DNA from: Dicyema japonicum
Lineage: Eukaryota > Animalia > Dicyemida
Direction: 5' to 3'
DNA length: 64,000 nt
Assembly: GCA_011109175.1 (NCBI GenBank)
Contig: RDEW01000002.1
Coordinates: forward strand, 352,831 to 416,830
The notes below the pieces were generated by a model. The model did no database searches and was not told where the DNA came from. It was given only the letters and a program-made list of their open reading frames with translations. Below are positions 13,401 to 25,190 of this stretch, piece by piece. Position numbers and translations under genes: made by a program. Numbering within the stretch: the stretch's first letter is position 1; every line of letters begins with the position of its first letter.

Positions 13401-15879
13401 GGTACCTGCACACAATGATGAGTTGAATAAGTTCGCTTTAGAAAAAGTGTTCGTGTACATTGAATTCGAAGTGAGACACCTTTCTTGGCTTCATGTCATG
13501 ATCTTTAAGACATTTTAATATTACTTTCACCTAATTATTTATTTTTCAACTCATCTAACTTTACTCGCCTAAAACCACACTATGAAGACTAATTGATGCA
13601 TGGAAAACCCAAAAACTACTTAACAGGGTAATATCTTCTAATCGAGTTATTACAATAAGACATCACATGCCTCTTCTTTTTGAAAGATCACATTAACGTA
13701 ACCACATTACGTTTACATCACCGATTGGAAATGCTCAGTCCACAAAGCACAATGATAATCAAATTTCGAATCTAGGCCATGTCCAAATTTAATCGCGACC
13801 TATATACATAATATATTAGTTCATTCAAATATTTTAGTTCATTGACATACATAATATATTAGTTCATTCACTAACATGGACTCAATTCTCAAACATGCTT
13901 AGTGGAATTAAATCCCACCCATATGCTTTATTGCTACCTCAATAAATCGTGATTTTATTTCTTGGTGGCACAGTACAGTGATTTAGTGCATCTACCTTAA
14001 ATATCTAGTGCAATCTTATACCACGGTCCACTTCTATACTTCAGCCAACTACTTGCATTGTCTATGGAACTCTTCACTGGAATTGTTGAATCTCGGTCAA
14101 GGTATGTTCCTTACCTTTTTTTATATTTTAGTTGTACGAGTCTGTAAACGATCCAAATCAACAGTGAGGTATTTACTTTTAAAGGCGTCACGCAAAAAAA
14201 TTAAGAAGCATTGTAAATGCGTGGACCCTGAATAAACAGCAGCAAAATTCGAAACCAGAACAATCTGGATTTTTCTAGGTTTTATGACACTACATCATGC
14301 TTCGCACAGAGTAAATCACACAAGTTACACAGAAGATATAAGATTCCTTGTTTCTTTAGTTTACTTTTATTTATTATTAAGACTTCCATCTTCTTCTCTA
14401 AAAGCAACCAGCTTGAAGGGCCATTGTGTTCTCTAGAAACTATGTAATTGTTAAAAATCTATCAATTGCCATACTTATAACAAATTTCTCATGAGGATCT
14501 ATTATCATGAGATATCTTCATTCATACCTCAATTTGAATAAGAAGCTCTTTGAAACAGGAGTTGTATCAGTCAGGTGAACATAAGAACGTGGGAATTTTT
14601 TTAAACCCCAAGACCACAAAAAAAGAATTAAAATTGCCGATTTTTAATTATATTCTTTTGACCTACTTGGTTGAAGGCTCTCATCCTATAATAAGTACCA
14701 TATATCTTAGTTCAATCGATGCGCGGTACCGCGACCCAACTCTTTCAGAAAAGACCCAACGTCATCACGGCATCAAAAAGGATTATTTTATCTCCCTCAC
14801 ATTAATGTATGGATAGTTAGATATTGACGAAGATGAGGTTGATGTATCTCCAAACTAAAATTATTATCTAGATTCATCAAAGAGAGAATCCTGAAGAGCA
14901 ACCAACAATTTCTCCATCAGGTTTTATACCATATTACTTCTTATACATTTACATTCCATGGAACGAAAATTTAATGACTTATATTTTTAGATTGTACTAG
15001 AAAAGGTTTAATGACTGATTTTTACAAATAGCTTCAAAAAAATTTTTTTAAACAAAATAATTTTTTTAGCAATTAAACAAATGTCAGTTGAGGAAGCCTG
15101 CTGTGTGGATTGCGAACGAGTTCCCTCGGAGTATGGCCATCCCAATCTTTTGTCTTAGCCATGACCATTCTCGTTGATCCCTTTTCTTTCTGGCAAGCAA
15201 TCCTTCTAGTTCACACAAAAACTCAGCCGTCATTGGATCAACGGCTCCAATGATTTGGTCGCAATCATCAGGTTCGAATTATTATTTTGCATAGATTAAG
15301 CAAAATCATATACAAGAGGTTTAGCGACCTATTATTTACCGTAGAATGCAAAAAACCATCAAGAACTTGTATAATGTGTCATTATTCCCCTAGGCTGTCA
15401 ATCTTGATAAAAAAGTGGTATAATGTATGATTACTAATTCTTATTTAGTGCTAAAGGACATACATATTGTCTAATGCGTAATTAATCTTCTTGTCTCTAA
15501 AAAAACTTCTAGAAAAATAATCAACGACTGACAACTTTATAGAACCTCCAACCATCCCCTATCACATGTTTTATGTTTGAATAATACTCTAAGTTATGAT
15601 TATACAGTAAACTCTTTAAATATGCCATTCTTAAATTTGCCAAAATTAACCAACATTTTAAAAAAATATTAAAATTTTTAAATATTTTAAAAAATTTTAA
15701 AAATTTAAATAAAGCAAATCAACATGGGTCGGATTGTTCCTGTGGGAGGATACACCAGACTTTCAATTGCTCAAAAAGTTGAAATATTGCAGTATGACGA
15801 AACCAATAAATCAGCTTCATGTCAGACGATATGCAACAGATTTTCTTCTATTTCTTATCCATGAAGGAGGATAGTTTTC

Positions 15880-18145
15880 CAGGTACGCTCTAATTTTGTG
15901 TGGTGACGTCGAATCCAACGCAGGCCCTAAAATCAACCTGGTCCAGATCAATATTAAAGGAATGCGAAACAAGGTACTGGAAGTCTGCCACTTACTTAAT
16001 AGAAATGAAATTGAAATTGCTCTAGTCCAAGAGCAAAGCTCCAAACATACGAACCCCAACCTTTCCCGGATACTCCGTTAACCGTAAAGACAGAAAGATT
16101 ACGTTTGATGGAGGACTAATGACACTAACAAGAAATGGAATTCAATATGAAGATATTTCAAACAAAATCGAAAATTCTATAGAGAAGACGACCCTTTTGA
16201 ACTAATTGGCAAGTATTAAAATTCCCAGGAAAACTATAAATAATTTCAATGTATATATTCCACCTACTAGCTCTTGTCCAAGTGGGTATTACCCTAACCC
16301 CTAGAATTTCTCAAATCTCAAAAACGTACTACTAGGTGGTGACATCAACGACAAACATCAATTATTGTATGAAGGCCAGAAACTAGTCAGTAGAGGAAAC
16401 CTACTGAGCAGAAATTTAGGACAATTTTGTATATTAAATAAAACCAAAAGCAACACAAGAACACCTACTCGAACAGGAGACAAACCTACATCTCCTGACC
16501 TTTCTATATGTTCCCCATCAATGTTTCCCTCATCAACTGGACTGTAAAATAAGATCCAGAAGTCATCACAACCATATTATGATGAAAATCAACATTGAAA
16601 ATAAATTTATCAGACAGAATTTCACTTTTTTAAATTTTAAAAGCGCAAATTGGTCCAACTTCTCTAATTACATCGACATAGACATGGAAATATTTTACAC
16701 ATTGGTATTCTCATGACCATATGATCAAAACTTTCACGGACATTATACTCCAAGCAAGAAAACTATTTATTCCAATGGATGCTATCAAACAAGGAATAGC
16801 TTTATAATATGCATACAAAAACACTTATCAGGAAAGAAATAAATTAAAGAGGCAAAAGGATTTATCAAATGACGATTTCCAAAAAAATGAAAACCTTAAA
16901 TGTACAAATTCAAGAAGCGATGGACATCACTTATTGATTCTCTATCGCCAAATACATCCGAGACGCTGATATGGAGGAAAATAAATATGAAACGTTGCAA
17001 TGAAGGATCTGAGAAATCCTCCACGGACAGGGATGTAGCAACATCGACCCAAATATTTTAATGAATCACTATGTCGTGATCATCCATTAAAATTTCTCGA
17101 GGGAACAGAGAGTCAAGAAGAAGTTTTATCCATCATATGACTTGATTGTCTTTAGTCCGCAAGAAGTTCGAAACGCAATCATGGATGCCAAAAACTCCCG
17201 TTCCTGAGGTGCTGAAAATATCTCGATAACGGAACTAAAACACCTTGGTGAAAAAGCAACCGAATTCCTATCATACGTTTATACTCTATCAGTGAACAAT
17301 ATGATACCTTCTATATGGAAGAAATCCATAATTTTTCCAATTCGGAAGCCAAACAAACCTGCAAACGATCCCTCTTCTTATCGTCAATTGCAATATTATG
17401 TGCGTTGTCCCGAATTATGGAAAGATTAATCTTAACACGAATCAAAGATATTTGTACTAAATCGAGTATTCCAGCATGGATTCCGTGAAAATCACTCTAC
17501 TACGACTCACTTAACAAAATTAACTCAATATATCTCTGATGGATTCTCCTACCCAAACCGCATAAATAGACCATAATGGCTTCAATAGACTTGAAGAAAG
17601 CATTCGACTCCGTGTCCAGGCCACTTATAGAGAAAATTTCTGACACTCTTATAAATACAAACATTAAAAGATGGCTGTCGAACTTTCTAAATGGAAGAAG
17701 AGGACAAGTGATGTCGAACAACAGAAAATCTAAATCCTATTTATTGCCGAATGGTGTCCCTCAAGCTTCACCTCTCCCCTGCTCTTCAACTTGTACACCA
17801 ATGACCTTCCCACCAATGATGATCCCGATACATATGCAGATGACATTGTTCTTGCGACGAGAGACTCTAACTATGAGAAGGCAGGGATGAAACTTCAAAG
17901 TTATATTGGTTTGTTGGAACATTGGCTCATATCAAATCTAACAATTTTCTCTACATATAGAAGATCATTATACTCTCCCAAAATCAAATTATTAGGATAT
18001 GAAATTCCTATGAATAAATCTCCAACAATACTAGGATTAAAGTTAGATACTCTACTGACATTCGACGAACAGGTCAATGACGTTATTTCAAAGGTCAGGA
18101 GGAGGACCAACATATTGAAATTTTTGTCCCGATCACCAATCAAAC
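15880..18145 (+). pseudogene. Degenerate Ingi/Vingi-like LINE (2A-like motif, APE, RT), 3'-truncated
   Basis: ALILCGDVESNAGP followed by APE start (INLVQINIKGMRNK...IALVQE). LGGDIN and SPDLSIC motifs. RT motifs SIDLKKAFDSVSR, LPNGVPQ, YADDIV, ILGLKLD. Many stops and frameshifts. Confidence 0.88.
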
Positions 18146-18192
18146 ATACGAACACCAACCTTTCCCGGATACTCCGTTATCAAAATTCTAGC

Positions 18193-18260
18193 GTGCGTCA
18201 TGTGGTTCGTCTTGTCAGGTGGCGACAGATACAAGCCAAAAGTGTATCCAAAAAGAACCA
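18193..18260 (+). ncRNA. Candidate HDV-like ribozyme fold at the LINE 5' end
   Basis: P1 GTGCGTC/GGCGAC (bulged); P2 TGGTTC/GAACCA; P3 GTC/GGT; P4 GATACA/TGTATC; J4/2 C-AAAAA. Helix order matches the HDV nested double pseudoknot. Folded by eye only. Confidence 0.55.
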
Positions 18261-18647
18261 TTCGTCAACGACCATCGAGAAGAGTTCCTCCTGGACGGCA
18301 CTTCCTACACATCCTTGCACTTTTCCGGTGGAGACTCGTCATGTCAGGAAATGTTGAAATGAATTCGGGACCAAGGCATTAAAGATACTTAGCTTGAATA
18401 TTAACGGAGTTAGAGGTAAGGCATCCGAACTTAGTTTATATTTGGAGAGGAACAAAATTGATATCTGCTTCTTACAAGAGACCAAGCTTTCTTGGAAATC
18501 CATTACTCTTAAATTTACCGGTTTCAATGTATCGAGAGTCGAGGTGGAGGAATATTGAGACATTATGTTCAACAAACACTCCTCATATTCAGGAATCTGA
18601 TAGAAGACGCAAACATAAAAGTTATTGGGATTTCGGTACAGACCTCT

Positions 18648-18972
18648 AATAATAAAGCCTTTTCACGAGAGCCATAGTATTTTATAGCTCCGCATAGGCA
18701 GGACACACACTTTATTTAAGTAAATAACAGTTAATTTTAACTAATCGTAGAACCAAGGAATGATCTTCACTTCTTTTTTTCTTTTTCTTGTGTGAGTGTC
18801 CTTTCTAGACAAATCCAGTTCCGCAGTGAGTATTCACTGATGACGGCGTCACTCGTCAAACCATTTCTGCATCGTAGATGCGTGGAACCTTCCATCAGGT
18901 GAACAGCAGCGAGATTCGAACCCGTAGCCTAAGCCACTTAAGCCCGACACCTAACCACTAAGCCACCCGGCT
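18648..18972 (-). mobile_element. tRNA-derived SINE, copy 2, inserted in the LINE APE region
   Basis: Reverse complement of the 460-778 family. Removing it plus a short CTCT duplication restores APE reading ISVQTSLGAIIIANFYVPP. Confidence 0.92.
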
Positions 18973-19204
18973 ACTCTCTTGGAGCTATTATTATCGCCAA
19001 CTTCTATGTTCCCCCAAGGTTTCTATCCAAAAGGATTTTCTAAGGATTTGTCTGCCCTAGATATGATAGAAAACTTGTTGTCCGGAGATTTTAATGGTAA
19101 GCATTTTTCGTTGTATGAGAAACAACCTCCAGTTACAAGGGGATTTCATATAATTTCCAAACTAGAAAATCTGACCTTTATGAACGACCCAACTAGGAAT
19201 ACAT

Positions 19205-20848
19205 TTATTTATTTAATAACCCCGAAAAGGGAACACCAAGAAAGAGGGAGTAAACCAACTAATTAAGTGATCCCGGTACGCCTCAACAGGATCGAGAGGT
19301 TTTTCCTGTGTTCCTCCAGAGTACCCACGGCTTTCCTGAATAAACGACGATCATCTTTCATTAGAGTTTGAAGAGGAGTGGGTTTTTTCCCCAAATTTCG
19401 TGTATTTGAAGCCTTTAGCCTTGAATGGAAAAAACGACTTGTTTCTTGGCCACACAGACAGATGAAGCCGGAGCCATTATTTTTGATTGCGGCGTGGTCA
19501 AGCATTGGAGGGAAAAGATCGGGGGGTAGATTCGTTTGACGTGCTAGTTTTCCAATTAGGGTATTGATCTTGAGTGAATTTGATATCGAAGCTCCATAGG
19601 CCCATGAGGCACAAGCGTACTCAATCGTCGGTTTTAGGAGTTGATTGAACACGACGAGGGCGCATTCCTGTGAGGGTTTGGACTTCAAGAGCGGTTTGAT
19701 TATATTAAGTTTCCTGAGACCCTTTGTCATAACGTTATTCACATGTTGAGAAAATGTCATCAAAGGGTCAAATGTCACTCCCAGGATAGTTGGACGAGTC
19801 TGTAGTGGTAAGGAGTCTCCAAAAATGTTCAAATCCAGTGTATGTTTTTCTTTTCTGTCCGTGGTAAAGATTGTATACGTTGATTTATCCCTGGATACGG
19901 AGAGACGATTCAGCTTCAACCAGGCTCCCAGGTCGTCAATATGTGACTGAAGCTCTGATTTTGCTGTATCACGTATTTGTTTGCTAGCGATGATTAGGTC
20001 GTCAGCATAAGTGAGAAGCATTGAATCTGGTCCTCCAGGGCAGGGTAAATCGTTGAGGAACAAGTTGAATAGTGCCGGAGAGAGGGGCGATCCTTGAGGG
20101 ACGCCATTTGGTAGGAGACTGGACCTCGATCTTGCGTGGCCTATACAGACACGTCCTCTTCTTCCGGAGAGAAAATTGGCTATCCATCTTTTCAAATCCG
20201 TCTGAATGGTGGTGTCAAAAACCTTCTTTGTGAGTAATATTCTCGAGACAGAATCGAACGCCTTCTGGATATCCAGGGAAACCATTATTGTCCGTAGATG
20301 GCGTTTTGGTACGTTGAACCCTTCTGATATAAATTGAGACAGTGAAGTCAAATGTGTCGTAGTTGAACGCTCACATTTGAAACCATGTTGAAAGTGGAAG
20401 TCGGGCAAATGGGGTTTAATTTTCCAGAGTACGAGTTTCTCCATTAGGTGCGATAATGCGCACGTTAATGAAATTGGACGGTAGGAAGAAGGTGAGGTTT
20501 TCGGTTTTCCTGGTTTAAGGATCGGTATTATAAGTGAGTTCTTCCATTTGCATGGGATGACATTCATGTTAGAAGACAAATTAAAAATTGACGTAATCGA
20601 ATTGATTGCAGCATTACCAAAGTGTTTTAACAAAATTCCCGGAATGCCGTCAGGTCCACACGTAAAAGATCTCTTCATCGATCTTATAGCCTGTGCGACA
20701 TCGGCATGCGTAAATAGATTGATCCATGAAGCTGGTTTAGGCACTAAATTCCGAAAGTGACAAGAATGGGATTTCGAGAAGTCCTTGTGACTTATGGATG
20801 CGTAATATTTCATTAGGTTGTTAGCTTGCACAGTATTTGGAGCAGAAA
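19205..20848 (-). mobile_element. 5'-truncated Vingi-like LINE with an uninterrupted RT ORF (ORF track 19263-20858)
   Basis: Motifs CGPDGIP, WKNSLIIPILKPGK, SYRPISL, FQHGFK, SLDIQKAFD, GVPQGSPLSPALF, YADDL. Ends LLRRTGIT*, then a (TAAA)n tail. 10-bp TSD AGGAATACAT at 19195-19204 and 20849-20858. Confidence 0.95.
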
Positions 20849-23009
20849 AGGAATACATGAACCCAGTATAATAGCAAGGATTCGGTTAAATCATCGGATG
20901 TTACGTTATGTTTTCTACGGCATGCTCCGCTTATGTGCTGGTTTGTAAACTATGACTTACAAAGCGACCATAATCCCATTCTGATCAAGATCAATTGTAT
21001 ACCAATGACGCGTTCAAAACACATCATATTTTATGACTATATAATGCTGACTGGACAAGATTCAGAAGATACGTGGATTCGGCCCTATTGAATTTCCATC
21101 CGAATAATTTCAACTCAATTGATAGAGCAGTCTATCACTTTAATAAAATTTTGGAAGGGAGAAAACTATTTGTCAGAAAAGGAATCTTAATGATCACCAA
21201 GAAGAAATATGATGCAAGCACAATCAAACTAATAAAAGAAAGGAATTGTCTCAAACGTAAAAAGCACCTAACAAAACATGATACTAACAGAATCCGTGCA
21301 CTGAACATGAAGATCAACGAAAAGACGAAACTTCTCCAAAAAACAAAACTGGGCCGAATTTCTAGAGCTATGAAAAAATAGTTCACTTACCAAGATGTGG
21401 AGATGCTGCGAAATGTCAAAAATGCTGAAAACAATATCGAGGGAGACCGTGAACAGAAGGTGATCTGAATAAATTTATCATTGTGTGAGAATAAGCCACA
21501 AACCATTAAAAGGATGGACATTCTCCACACAAAACCGAAAAGTAGGCACCCAACAATGTATGTTCTACCGGAAGATGTCGCTTTGGAGATCTATTGAACA
21601 AAGAACACACATTCCTGTGGACCGGACGGGATTCCAGTTATTCTGTTAAAAAATGGGCACAGTGGGAGTATCAGCACTAACATGCATCTTCAACTACTCA
21701 ATCAACTTCAACTGTATTCCCGCTATATGAAAACTTTTGAATATTCATCTAATACTGAAGCCTGGGAAACCAATGCAGGACGCTGCTTCTTACAGCCCTT
21801 TGTCGCTCTTGTGCGTCCAGACAAGAATCCTAGAAAAGATGGTTATGACACTCACACGACATTCCCTTTTGGATGCCAGTTTTCAGCATGGTTTTAAAGA
21901 AAGACGATCAACTATCACACACCTAAATACATTAAAGAAGTTCACAACAGATGGCCTCAACAAAAGACCAGGACAGAAAAAGACGATTGTATGCTCAATT
22001 GATATCCAGAAGGCTTTTGACCCTGTTTCGAGAAAGATTATCACGCACAAAATATATTCGTCGAACATTGACGCAAACCTGAAATTATGGTTGGGAAATT
22101 TCTTGAGTGGTCGACGAGGACGAGTACACATGGCAATCGATGTTCCGTATCGAGACTATTAGCAAATGGCGTTCCCCAGGGCTCCCCATTATCTCCCCTA
22201 TTGTTCAACGTTATGATGGATGACTAGCCACTCCCTCAGGGGACGATGACATATTGTTAACGTATGCTGATGATATAGTCATTGCCTCGAGGGATGTGAG
22301 TATCGTGGAAGCAACAAGAAGAATACAGGACAAAATGTATAAGTTAAGTTTATGGCTTTGGGAAAATCAATTGACTGCTATCCCGGAGAAGTTGGTGTCG
22401 ACCCTATTCACGACAAACAGAAGACTAGGAAAATATCAATTGAAGTCACACTGGATGGGAAGATTATCCAGCAAAACAAATACCAGAAAATCCTGGACGT
22501 CACCTTGAACATTTTCTTAACCTTTACAAAACATGTCGAAAATATGTTATTGACTTGTACGAGAAAAATCAACTTCCTGAAGACGTTCTTGGGAAACCTA
22601 AGAGATATAAAAGATCTGAGTGATCTGGATATCATATACAAACAGTTCATCGAGGCTAATAGGATACGCATGTAATATCTGGGGATCTAACCTTTCTGCA
22701 ACGAATTTGGACAAGATGTGCAACATTCAAGTAAAGTTAGCAAACCTACTAAGGAAATATTTCCGAGTGGAGATCTTGCCTAGAAACCTAGAAAATATGA
22801 TAGAGGCGACTAAAGCAGTGCCTCTGCGAAGGACTCGGGTATACGGACCCCGTCCATATCGGAAATGCGCGCAGTCGAAAACCGAGAAGCGGTGACTTCT
22901 AAGGGAATCTGGGATCACCTGAATTTGTTTATTTTGGATATGACGGTGGTTTTTTGGTTAATTAAAAATAATTAATTATCATTTTAAAAAAATAAAATAA
23001 ATCGGGCAC

Positions 23010-23400
23010 AACACCTTCTTACTACAGAAAATTTACAGACAATAAATACTGCCAGTAATCGAATACGCATGCCCTTTCTAAGCTCGATCATTTCTGAATC
23101 GTCGTCTCAAAAATTAGAGGCCGCACAACTTGCTGCCTTGAAAATAATTAATAAGAAAACCGTGAATAACGTATTGAATATTAAAGAACATTTATGGTAG
23201 AGAGTGAAGTCATTTCTACAGTGGGCAATGAAAAACGGCTGTCCGCTTTCACTCTCTATATCTGACTATCTAGAAAATGCGGGTGTCGATGGAGAATGAG
23301 ACCGTCCACGTTTTACCAATTCTGTTGGATATTCGAAAACCCCGAACGAGAGCCAGAACCCGGAAAACCGGGATCACTTAATTAGTAGTTAACTTTTAAC
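23010..23400 (+). pseudogene. Vingi-like LINE 3' fragment
   Basis: Reads ILPVIEYACP...CPLSLSISDYL...RKTGIT* and carries the family 3' motif GGGATCACTTAATTAGT. Confidence 0.75.
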
Positions 23401-24176
23401 TTTCTCTAATCCGGTAATCTTGGGGTAAAAAAAGATTCCAAATTTGTATCATAATTTTACTCGTAATTTATTTGATCAAATTTATATGTGAAAACGTTTA
23501 TCGCAAATAAATAACCCGAATATCGTTAGGACGATATGATATTAATCTGGAATAGAACTTTCTCAATTCATGATATATCTCTGGTTTCCATGTATTCAAG
23601 TATGACACAGGCAATGTCCTCTCAACGTGTTTGAACCTTTTGCGGAAATAAACAAAAAGTTCCTCTCTAAGAACGTCTCGAGAAATATAAAGTATTAATA
23701 GAGACACCTAATATAATATTGAGTTCATAAAAACCCGTTGAATGGTTTTCACATTTTTGCAATCCCATGACTGACGATGAAGCTTCAAAATTAGTAGTCC
23801 TGGTAGACTGTTTCCAATAATTAAATGTTGAACTTTAAATATTTTTTGCAGTTCTTCCACAGCTAATTTTCGTGCATCGCAATTGGATATTTTCTTGAAA
23901 AATCATAATGCTCTAAATTAAAGTGTCTCTCCAGATTTGACTTTTTTGTTCTGGATGAATGTTTCGTGGCAAATGAGACATTTTGAAAGGTGATCTGATA
24001 TGATGGCAATAGTCTCAGCCCATTGAGGTTGGAAATACATATTTTTTATTTTCAAATTTTTTTGCCACTTAGCGCCAAAGTCAGTGTGGTGCTATGTGGA
24101 TATTTGCATTGAAGACTCTTTGTTTGTTACTTCTGTTCCTCTTCTATTATTTTGGATCCAAGGAGCTTGAATTGTT

Positions 24177-24332
24177 AGCGTGCGTCGTGTAGTTCACCAT
24201 CTCTGGTGGCGCCAGATATAATCCTAAATTATATCCAAAAAGAACCATCCAGAGGAGTTCTCCCTGGACGGATCTTTCTTCAGGTCCGAGCATGCGAAGA
24301 CTGTTGAGAGAGGCCGGAATCACCTGAATTTT
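24177..24332 (+). mobile_element. ~155-bp non-autonomous Vingi derivative (5' ribozyme-like leader fused to the 3' end)
   Basis: 24177-24270 aligns with the LINE 5' end at 18190-18295. It is followed almost directly by CTGTTGAGAGAGGCCGGAATCACCTGA (LLREAGIT*), the family 3' end. Confidence 0.8.
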
Positions 24333-24562
24333 TGCATTCTGTTATGACAGTGTTCTTCGGTTCAATAAATTTAAATTTATAGACATAGTTTAAGAGCCAC
24401 AAACAGAATTTATGATTAAGCGAGTAAGTTTTTAAATTTAAAATATCTAATAATTTAAATAAAAATAACAATTTAATGTTTTTAATGATATGTAAGTAAT
24501 CATTTGCAATAATTTAAAGAGCAACATAAATAACTTAAAGATTCATGGTTGCCGACCCCTGC

Positions 24563-25190
24563 CCTAGATGACTCTAGAATTCCAGCAACACAGGCGCAAG
24601 GGAACTAGACGTCTTGACGGCGATCGGAACGAAAAAAGATCATTAGGTAGGACCGTTTACTTAGCCAGTTTAAGTTTTAGCCCTCTTAACGGCAGAATAG
24701 GCTCCAGAGGCACTCTGGAGTTGATTGCAAGGGGCAAACGTGTCGGTGCGACAACAAACAGGCACAGAAATGATGGCTAGATGACACTATCAAATTTTTG
24801 AAAGAATTCCAGCATATTGCATCATCCAGGCCCTTCTGAGAGAATATGGAAGGCTGGGAAAGCTGATGATACAGCTCCAGGCCTCACGAGCATGGCCGGC
24901 CTTTTGGTCAATAGAGAATTCAGGAAGGCAGTGAGAATCCTCTTGACAAGTGTTAAAGACCATTAGCGACGAGAATATCCAAGGAGAGAAACGTGTACAG
25001 GGTTGCAAATTTCGAGCCCTCAGAGTCTCACAGGCAAAGTGGCTTGCTTCCATGAATAATCTCAACAGGACGTTAAAGATATGCTCCGCTGTCGAACGGA
25101 AAATCTCGTTAATCTGTATCTTTAAAATTACCTGTGTTTGATCGATTTCTTGAAGAGACTGTCTGGGTATAAGTCGGTTAGCACCCACAT
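24563..25190 (-). pseudogene. CRE-clade non-LTR retrotransposon fragment (late RT to restriction-like endonuclease)
   Basis: Homologous to 31790-32420 and 40370-40730. Contains FVPIAVKTSSSLA, resembling the RLE C-terminus. Confidence 0.7.

Larger units (their letters stand above)
18190..22930 (+). mobile_element. Degenerate full-length Vingi-like LINE (~2.8 kb without inserts), hosting a SINE and a second LINE
   Basis: 5' structured leader, then SGNVEMNSGP and APE (ILSLNINGVRGK...FLQETK, SGDFNGKH, SSDVT...LQSDHNPI). RT motifs SIDIQKAFD, GVPQGSPLSP, YADDIV. Ends LLRESGIT* at GGGATCACCTGA (~22925). No ORF1 or RNase H seen. Confidence 0.88.

Noticed and set aside
15722-15810. HDV-like fold upstream of the first LINE
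   Set aside because: A TTTCAA/TTGAAA hairpin is present, but no consistent P2 or P3 could be built.
18836-18870. Hammerhead ribozyme at CTGATGA in the SINE antisense strand (similar cases at ~29185 and ~50860)
   Set aside because: The GAAA core is absent or misplaced, and stems I and III cannot be formed.
24547-24561. hAT-type TIR (CAGGGGTCGGCAACC on the minus strand)
   Set aside because: It is a solo end with no partner TIR or transposase found, so no element can be delimited.
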